DNA of 59,866 bases, the filler included, from Bipalium vagum (taxonomy: Eukaryota), in the NCBI GenBank assembly GCA_037834085.1. It is 3 parts of 3 records of this genome, joined end to end, with 100 filler letters (N's around TTAATTAATTAA, not from the genome) between each part and the next. Parts side by side here need not be neighbours in the genome. Positions count along the whole stretch, not along the records: positions 43,699 to 59,866 come from JBBMKC010123664.1; 2 more parts are not named here. One strand, given 5' to 3'. Positions 51,001-59,866 of this stretch are shown piece after piece (within the stretch, counting starts at the first letter, position 1; every line of letters begins with the position of its first letter). The notes under the pieces were generated by a model, which was given only the letters and a program-made list of their open reading frames with translations, did no database searches and was not told the DNA's origin. The position numbers and the translations under genes are program-made.

Positions 51001-54000
51001 CATTAACATAATATTATTATTAAGTGTTTCCATTATTTTGTCCACGGGCTTTACTAAATTTATATATCTGTATGCACATTTTAAATTATTTTTTATCTTT
51101 AATTTTTTAAGGGAAAATTGATTTTTTAATGAAATAATAATTTTATATAACCAAATGGTAGTGACATTATTTTCTTGACTAAGCATTTCATTATTAATTT
51201 TTATTATGCATTTCGTTCATACTACAATAAGAGAACAATAACATCTATTCTACAATTAAATAAGCTGATATTGTACTTAACTGATCCAATGTGGAGACAC
51301 TTGAAACCATTAATTTAATATCAAAGCAGTGGACCTTTTTTATCTCTTTGAAAAAAAGGTTTATATAAAAACTACAAAACACTGCGTATGTTACGCATTT
51401 GGCTCTGGTTTTATGCATTTGAAATGTGATTTGAAAGCCTAATTCTTTTCTGAAATGATTTTTATTAAAATATACCTTTATGAACTCAAAATCAAAATAT
51501 TTAGTATAATTCTCCTCCCTCCAATGATTTGAAAAAACGATAGTTTTTGTTGTCAGTGATTTTATCAAATTAAATTGCTATTACGTGAAAAAGCCGGGTT
51601 TCATAAATTACCTTCTGGTTACTAGAAAAGAGATTTAGGGTGAAATACACCTTATCCATCTTATTCTAGATAAAGGACCAAAACTAAGGAACATAAGAAT
51701 TATTGGATTAATTATTTTTAAAAATTAATTATTCTATGAATTCTTAATTGTATTTTTGTGCAGTGCCTGGTAAAACATAATTTGACAGAAGTCTGTTATA
51801 TTATTCAATATATAATATATTTTTATTTATATTATTAAATATATTCTCTTAGTTTGATGATAATTATTTTCTCATATATTGATATTTTAACAGACATCAG
51901 TTATATTTCTGTTGTAGTAAAGAATTTTTAAAAATGGTTGACTGCTTTTATTTTTTGTTATTTGATTTTTTTCCTGTAGTATTGATCATGCTTCTATAGT
52001 CAATTTTTAAATTACAAATTTATGTTTTTGTCAATATTTTTACAGAATTTTTACACAAACGATGCAGATAAATTTGATTCAGTTCAGTGATAATTGAATT
52101 CTTTTAATTGATAAAAATTTTTTTAATGCTTTAATGTTTAATTAAACTTTTTGAAGTATGTTCGTTATATTTTCAGTACTAAAGAAGCTGCTTTTGTGAA
52201 AGGTAATTATATTTCATTTTATTTTTATATAATTACTTAATAACAAATCTAAGACTATTTTTTTATAAATCAATCATTTTTTTATTGATCCCATTAAAAT
52301 TACATACTAAATAAATAACATTATATTTTTATTAATAATCGAACTTTATTTGCTCCTCACGAAACTTTAATGGGGAATCAATATGGGTATGGGCTTGAAC
52401 ATCAAAATTGCCATTTTTGAGACGCGAAAACCATTTTTGAGTTATATTTCCGATTTGGTATGTTCATACACACTTCAAATATGACCAACACCTTTAGTTG
52501 CCTTGAAACCTTGATTGAACAAGAAAAGCAGAATGTGTCTTAAGTGTTCATTTTCTTCAATTTGACATTTCAATTTGAAAGGCTGCTAATTACCAATTAT
52601 TACAACGAATGAAATAATTAAATAAACGTACATGTATAGGAAAAGATTCTCTATTGATTAGCTGTTAATCAATTGGTATAATTATAATCTTTATTTGAGA
52701 AATTTTGAATTTTAAAAATCCGAGCGAAAATAAGTGACAATCAAATATTTATTTAATCATATAATTATAATAATATTAATTTAATTAATGAAACTTTACT
52801 GTCGTTAAGGAGTAAAGAAAGTGACTTGTAAAATGAAAAATTTTAAAATAATAAATATTTTCATAATAAATTAAAGTTTAATAATAATTATGAATAAATT
52901 ATAACATTTTACACAATTAATAATAATATTGATTTTAGAGAAAATCTTATAAAAAACAAAAATGATATCTAAACTGGAAAACAGAGAAAACATTATTTTA
53001 TTTTACTACGAAAATATTATATCTGTAATTAATGGGTTGATTTTTTGTTGTCTTCAGTTTATTAATGTACAAAAATAACGTCAATTTTGATTCATTGTTC
53101 CAAATAAATAAAATCTTATCTTTTTCTTATCAAATTTATTTCTCATTCATATGGTAGGATTGATACTTATTTTAAATTCAATTCTAAAAAAGAGAGATAA
53201 AGGCCATTGATATAAAGTTCCGAACCATATTCCCTAAAAAAAACATTAATCACATTTTGCATTCAGGCGAAGGGATTTTACGTATTTTCCTCAGAGGAAG
53301 GCCAGTTAATTTGTATGTGCCAACCACAATGACGGATGGATTTGACATAAAAAGTCAAATAAAAGAGCCAGACGAAAATCTGAGGATGGAATGGGTGTAT
53401 CCTTTTGATTTTTCACTCTTGTAACGTGTATGTGTATGAATGGTTGAATGCTTTTTATTTTATTATTCATTCTGATAAAATATTAGGAGACATTTTTATG
53501 TTTCCATTAGAAGATTTTTTGATTAATACTGTCCTGGTTTCATAAATATTATCACCTTAACATTAATGTCTTAGTTACGGATATCGTGGCAAAGATTGTA
53601 GAAAAAATCTTTACTATTTACCAACGGGAGATCTCGTATACTTTGTTGCGGGAATTGTAATTCTCAGCAATTTGAAAACGAAAATACAGAGACATTATGT
53701 GGAACATACCGATGATGTTAAATGGTACTTGTTGTCCAACGGGCTTCCAATGTTTAGATATTATATTTATTAAGTTTGGCACTCCATCCAGATAAAGTCA
53801 CTTTTGCTTCGGGTCAAGTTGCAGGTCATTCAAAAGTCGAAGGAAAGGTTTGTTTTCTTTTATGAAACTGAGATTGAAATTGATCTGACTCCATCATAGC
53901 CACATGTTCGGGTTTGGAGCTCATTGTCTCTTCAAACGTTGCAAGTTATTGGTCTGGGCTTTTTCGAAAGAGCTATTAGTGCCTTAGGATTTTCAAAATC

Positions 54001-54001
54001 G
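48044..54001 (+). CDS. EML1: Echinoderm microtubule-associated protein-like (EML/EMAP), partial. Exons 48044-48229, ~48279-48385, ~52177-52202, 53267-53396, 53575-53724, ~53775-53847, ~53900-54001; continues beyond the visible exons
   Basis: Trimerisation coil QTKEIDELKFLITDCLSRIGVLE, HELP motif IFLRGRPV..LRMEWV|YGYRGKDCRKNLYYLPTGDLVYFVA, QRHY.EHTDDVK, LALHPDKVTFASGQVAG and PHVRVWSS. The paralogue number (EML1-4) cannot be assigned. Confidence 0.9.
48600..49110 (-). mobile_element. mariner remnant
   Basis: LVTCDEKWAY, KIILCVWWN and YVKQL. Confidence 0.75.
50100..50900 (-). mobile_element. Tc1-like transposase remnant
   Basis: LDVSRATLSKV..F...GK, DRRTLKRILRK..KTTSAKVTAE, DWKHFIWSD and CPLPTVKNGG. 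Confidence 0.75.
52330..52745 (-). mobile_element. mariner 5' fragment
   Basis: EHLRHILLFLFNQGFKATK..VIFEVCMN resembles a mariner N-terminus, with a TIR-like end at ~52720-52745. Confidence 0.55.
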
Positions 54002-55829
54002 GTACCATTAGTTGTTGTATTAAATTAGAGATTTAGTAAAAATGTTTGCAATTATTTAAAAATCAGAATGGAAATATCAATTTTGAACATATCAGTTTAT
54101 TTTGGAACCGATTTTCATATATTTTTTGTTTCGCCCGGATTCTTCATGTGCGACAATTGTCCAATTTAATCACATTTATCCGGGCATTTGTGTACATCAT
54201 TAATGTCACAGTACTTGCCATTGACAATCCATAAGTGGTTGTCTGAAATATTGAAATTATTAATTTATAATTTCCAATTTTTAAAAATAATGAGAAATGA
54301 AAATAATTATTTTCCAACGGAAATTGAAATATTCATTGAGAATTATTTGTTGTTATTGTTCTGTTGAATTAATCTGTCTGGTATTATAGATTTTTCATTA
54401 TTTTTGTAACGATCCTTTGTTTAGTATTTGTTTCCTTCAATTATCTGAGTCTTTTTGCAAAATACAATTTTCAGTCGTACAGTGAATAGTTAAACGAAAA
54501 ATAGAGTGTTCGAAATGTCACTAAATCGTTTTACCATTCAAATGAGCTAACAGTAAAAACAACTGAAAGAGTTTTAAATGTTTACTTCTAAAACCAGTAA
54601 CCAATGTTAATGATGTTAACATGTATTCGACATGTCCATTATTCTTATAAAGGAAAATATGAAAAATACAGCTTACAATGATTCTATTCACGTGTTCACA
54701 TTTCTTTACTTGAACTGATCAATGGTGGAAATTGGGTCGCGGTAAACAAGATTCTTCAGATAGAAAGAAATCCAAAGGAAATTGTGACCAATTAATCAAA
54801 CTTTTAACCTAATTCTTTTTTTTCAAACATCTCTTTTCACGAAAAGAGGTTCACATCTAGTTGAAAATATGATTACTTAATAATCGATATTTCTTAAAGT
54901 TGAACAGAAAAAAATTATTAATTTAACAACCAGTAGAATTTAATTACTAATTAGGTTACATTAAATTCCAAACCTTTAAAATTCTATCTTCAAATTATCC
55001 CTTTTCTAAAATGTCAGTTATATACGTATTATATAAATAAACCCCAAAAAAATAAAATAATTAAATATATTTAACTGCGTCTACGGTCATTATTATTTCA
55101 ACAAAACACGTCGATCACGTTTTATATTACATTTATATATATTAAATATATATATTGTTTTTTACACGACAATTTGTTCTGTCACATAAATTATAACCAC
55201 TCATCTGAGAGTAAAGAGCAGAGATCATATCGTACCTGTCAAGATGATATTTCTAAAAATAAATAAAATTGACAAAATTAGACGCCCCGCAATTTTTAAT
55301 ATTTTTTTAATTATTAAATTAGTTAAACGGGATGAATTTTTTTCTTTTCTTACATATTTTCTTCATGATTTTACATTCTTCGATAGTTCTTATTCATTTT
55401 TACAAATTAAATAGCGAAACTCACTATGGTTATTTAGATGAGCCGAAAATGATCTCTTTTAGCCCACTTACCAAAAACTATATCTTCTAATAATTAATTT
55501 ATTAATAAATAAGAGAAATGACTTTATAACGGTGGTGGAATGAAAAAATTATTTTTTTGCGGAGGTTAACTTTTTCACCTGCTTTTATTCTTTGATCTAT
55601 ACCACAATCAATTAATTTCCTTTTCAATTACGTTTTTATATTATATGTGATTTTTGTTCTTAATAAAATTTCTTAATTTTCATTGAAAACAATTTTTATT
55701 AAATGATCACATCGAGGAAATATCAATTATTATAAGGAGATCTTTAAAAAGATAAAATAGAAATTTTAGAAAAAATAAAAATTTTTCTTACTATTATGAT
55801 GCAAATGTTCGTGCTCAAAATTATATATA

Positions 55830-56755
55830 TATTTATTTACAACAATAAAACTACTCTTCGAAATAAAGTTCATCAGCTTCAATGATTTTACTTCACCGAT
55901 CAGCTAGCGATCTTATCTAGTCCAAGTGCAATTTTCTTTTTTTTATTCGGAAAACTCATTACAAGCCACCTCAATTTCAGCTCCAGATTTAAATTGGCAT
56001 CATCTGAGGAAAGATTGCATGGATCGAAACAATCCATAATCAAATCGTGCAATATCAGAACTGTAGACAGGATGAGGCAAGATCTCAACTCTTTCTAGGT
56101 TTTCAAATTTTTCTCTGGTTGTCCGAGCTGTGTCTGGCTTGGCATTTTCCTGGTGAAACAATGTCCTCTTTCTTTCTCAAGCTGATTTTTGCACATATCA
56201 ACTCTGTTCCTCGTTTGTTCTTCACCTTAGTAGTGTGGGATTCAGTCGTGGTTAATAAAATTGAGTTGATTTAAATGTCTCAGGACAGTTGTTTGATGTA
56301 CACCAAAGTATTATCTTTCAAGACTGTAATCAATTCATTATCCACTAGCACTGAAGGTTTACCTAAACGTGGCTTATCTTCAAGTTTCAAATCTCCATTA
56401 TTGAAGCACTTGAACCGCAAAGCAGCAGTCCTATGAGCCACAATTCTTTTAAATTCAAACTCGCATATCTCCTTTTCAAGCCTGTTTTCCAATAGTGGCG
56501 CAACAACATTTTTATCTCAAATTTGTCAAAGTCACCTTAATCTCAAGATTTGACAAAATTATTTATTGAAATTAAAAAACATACAGTCAATATTTAAACA
56601 AATGATAAATTGCTATACTATACTATATATACTAAACTATACATTTTAAACAAAAAATGTAGCTGTTACATTTTGAAAAATAACGGTGAAAAGTATTTGG
56701 AATGCAAAATTTCTATATAAGATGTTTTTGAGCACGAACTTTTGCATCACCCTAG
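55830..56755 (-). mobile_element. Decayed mariner element
   Basis: FNNGDLKLEDKPRLGKPS, FHQENAKP.TA and ILPHPVYSSDIA.FDYGLFRSM. Confidence 0.8.
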
Positions 56756-57868
56756 TAATTTAAGTAATCTAGTTTTATTTATGCTTATAGAAACAATAAA
56801 AATATTTAATAGAAATTCATAACTAAACATAATGAACATAATTGCTCGTTTTGATTATTTATAATATTACATTTGTTGTTCACAAGTATCAACATATCCT
56901 TCACTAGTCAAACTATGAATATCGGCTACAGATTCATGAGAAATTTCATTATTATCTTTATGAAAATATACCGATTTCCTAAATCCATTCTGGACATCAC
57001 GCAAAATTAGTTAAATGTTTTCTGTGAATTTTCTAAAACATTTATTTAATTTGCTAAACTAAATTTGAACATTATTATTATTGGATAATTATAATTACAA
57101 ACATAATTATGTCTTAAGAAATAAATTAATAATAACCGAATAGATTAAAGTTGGTACTATTAATTTATAAAAAATAATATTGTATAAGATAGAAAATATA
57201 ACTTTCATGTTGGACATTTATGATTAATTACACTACCCGACATGAGAAAAACCACTTACATGAGATAAACATAATATATTAGTGAAAATTATACACTGAT
57301 TACGAATCTGCAGTTCTATCTGTCATATCGGTTCTAATTTACTAGATTATTCAATTAATAATATTAATTATTTAATTAATATATTTAGTTAAAGTTTGTT
57401 TTACTATAATTTAAGGCTGAGCAGCATTTTGAACAAATCAACTCTTAGAGCTTGTTGCTTTTTATGAATTACATTTTCAGATTAATGAATGAAAAGTGGA
57501 ATACAAAAATAGAACATTTATAATGACTTCATTTATTTGACAATTGATCTATATTCATCCCAGTTTTCAGTTAATGTTGTTTAAATATTCATTTGACTAT
57601 ATTAATGCTTCGTCAAATGATAGTTAAAGTATAATAATAATATTGATTTCATTTTAAAAACACTGTTTATTTATTAATTATTTTTTTATCTTTTAGGTCA
57701 CGTGTATTTTTCTAGTTTTAATTTTGAAGCTAATTAAATAAAATTTTATTAAGGATTTGTCGGAAATTTTATAATAATAATTCAATCAATCTTATTATTT
57801 TGGTTATAAACATTTATTATTTGCATAAGTTCATATTATTTTGCAAAATAAATAAGATTTAAAAAAAA

Positions 57869-59783
57869 TATTAGGTGTACAAATAAATAATTCAATTTTG
57901 TAATTTTTTATTTAATTAATACAGTTTTAATATTTAAATCTGCGATTAATATTTAAATCAATTATTAATATGACATCACGTTTTCAAGAAGATCAATCAG
58001 AAATGTCCAAAAAATTCGGTTCAGCAGTGTCTATCATGGGAACAGGCAAGGTACTTATAATATATAATGAATGTTGTTATATAAAAAAGTACATCTTTGC
58101 ACTGCATTCTTTACGAATTTAAGAAAGGAAAAAGAGTAACAATAGCATGCAAATCTATTTGTTACTTTCTAGCCAAAAACGTTGAGTGGTACAACGTATG
58201 TGCATTTTGGTTCAGACACTTTGAAAGCGTTGATTTCAGTCTCACAGATCGATAACGTCCTGGTGCTCCTAGAAAATGTGTCAAAGATGATTTGGACCAA
58301 TTACTCTATGATAATTTAGGAGTTACACAGGCGGAACTTGTTAGGCAATTGTGAGTCACTCAGCAAACAGTTTCTATCCACCTACACGAGATGGATAAGA
58401 TCTAAAAAGAAGGAAAATGAATCTCACATGAACTCAATCAATCCCATAAAAATCAAAGAATGGCAACATGTCTTTCTCTTCTGAATAAACTGCATCGAAA
58501 GTTGTTCTTATGGAAAGTCATAACGGGAGATGAGAAATGAGTTCAATATGTTAACCCGAAACATAAAAATTCATTGGTGTACACTGAAGAACCACCAATA
58601 TCAGTTGCAAAGTAAAATAGTTTCAGAAAAAATAGTGCTCTCCATTTGGTGGAATATTAAGGGCGTGATATGCTATGAGCTACTGGAAGCTGGTAAAATA
58701 GATACTGCCGATCGCTACAACATTTAAAGCTAAAAAGCCAGTTTAGTGGAAAGAAACACGACCAGTGATATTGTTGCATGACAACGCTATGACACATACA
58801 GCTTAAAAGACAAAGCACACCATAATGAAATTTGGCTGGGAAACCTTGAAGCATTCGGCGTATTCTCCAGACATTGGTTCAACTGATTATCATTTGTTTA
58901 AGTAAATGTAGCATGCCTTTTGTAATACACACTTTCAATCAGTGGATGCCATACAAAAATGGCTTGAGGAATTTTGGCTTCTAAAGAGCCAGAATATTTT
59001 CAAGGTAGAATTTATCAACTGCCTGCAAGATGACTGGATAAAGTTATCCATAATTATGGCGATTACTTTAATTGATAAATTTGTATCACTTTTAATAAAA
59101 ATAATTTTTGAAGGTAGTTAAAAATTTGGATTATTTATGTTAGGTGAAAATTATTTGGAGATACTTGGATTCGTACGTACAAAATTTTATTTCAAAAACA
59201 AGTTTTCTTTCACGAACTTAATCGTTTTCACATAAATGTGCGCCTATTATGGCTTTGCTTCATCTTCATTTTGGAGCAGGTCATCATCGCGGTCTTCGAG
59301 ATTTTCAGCAGCATCATCAGACTTGTATTGATTTTTGTCATCATTGAGGTTTTCATCTTCAATTTACTGATTGTTTTCCAACATCTCTGTGAAATTTCCA
59401 TTGCGCAACATTCCATTTGATATTAGACTCCACGCAGAATTTTCCTATTTTGGTTATTTGGCATTTAGGAAATTGCAGTCTTCTCAGAATTTCCTCATTT
59501 CGCTTTTACCATGATCCAAGGCAACCAAATACGAACAGAACAGTTACCTGACAGGGCTTTCTTGGTCTGGTCAAGAAGACTTTGGTAGTGGATGAGATTC
59601 TTCTTGTAGTTCCTGTAGATGTTTTTCTCTGTATCATTCGGACATTTGATGTCAATAAGATACAGGACTTTGCGGTCCGTGAACTAAATTTGACCTTTCA
59701 CATGCGCATGGAGTGGTCTGACCGCTAAGCTACATCCCCCGAATAATTTCAAATTATCTCACAATTTATTTGTATACCTAATA
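57869..59783 (+). mobile_element. Decayed mariner element whose right end is interrupted by a ~0.6 kb insertion
   Basis: TIRs TATTAGGTGTACAAATAA and TTATTTGTATACCTAATA. Motifs VITGDEK, LSIWWNIKGVICYELL, LLHDNA and YSPDIGSTDYHLF. Confidence 0.8.
59140..59758 (-). mobile_element. Inserted element, possibly a hAT 3' fragment
   Basis: Degenerate inverted ends (GAAAATTATTTGG and CCGAATAATTTC). The minus strand reads TPCACER, like the hAT dimerisation motif, followed by an acidic tract. Confidence 0.35.
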
Positions 59784-59866
59784 CACTGATGGAAATAAAA
59801 TTATAGCCACCACCCAAAACCTAATTATTTTCCTAAAAACTGAATAAAATTTACTAAATTATTTTG

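Noticed and set aside
51245-51568. ORF ending MVSSVSTLDQLS, resembling the transaldolase N-terminus
   Set aside because: The similarity stops after a few residues and the VADTGD motif is absent, so it is probably chance.
57970-58050. Exon-like segment MTSRFQEDQSEMSKKFGSAVSIMGTGK|GT
   Set aside because: It lies between a mariner TIR and its transposase start, does not match the expected next EML exon, and has no supporting downstream exon.

Overview
AT-rich, intron-containing animal genomic DNA. The ~42-60 nt introns, (AAT)n microsatellites and dense mariner/Tc1 relics resemble a triclad flatworm (planarian), but that host call is inference. Two N-gaps carry an artificial TTAATTAATTAA linker. 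Host genes: an intronless tandem-RING protein with a FAM193-like C-terminal module, NF-YB, SPAG1 (convergent with NF-YB), a USF-like bHLH-ZIP factor, transaldolase (last exon not found), an intronless procollagen galactosyltransferase (COLGALT/GLT25D) and the 5' part of an EML/EMAP gene containing a U12-type intron. The most notable feature is a decayed minus-strand LTR-type element at ~34.9-39.8 kb. It reads LTR, PBS-like site, gag-like stub, chuvirus-type glycoprotein (env-like), then a second ORF with a REX4/ISG20-like DEDDh exonuclease. This suggests an enveloped endogenous-retrovirus-like element with a captured exonuclease. Other relics: Maverick/adintovirus PolB, Tigger/pogo, maT-like, IS630/Tc1-like, Ty3/gypsy RNase H and LTR-like fragments. 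All calls come from manual translation and motif recall; no searches were run.
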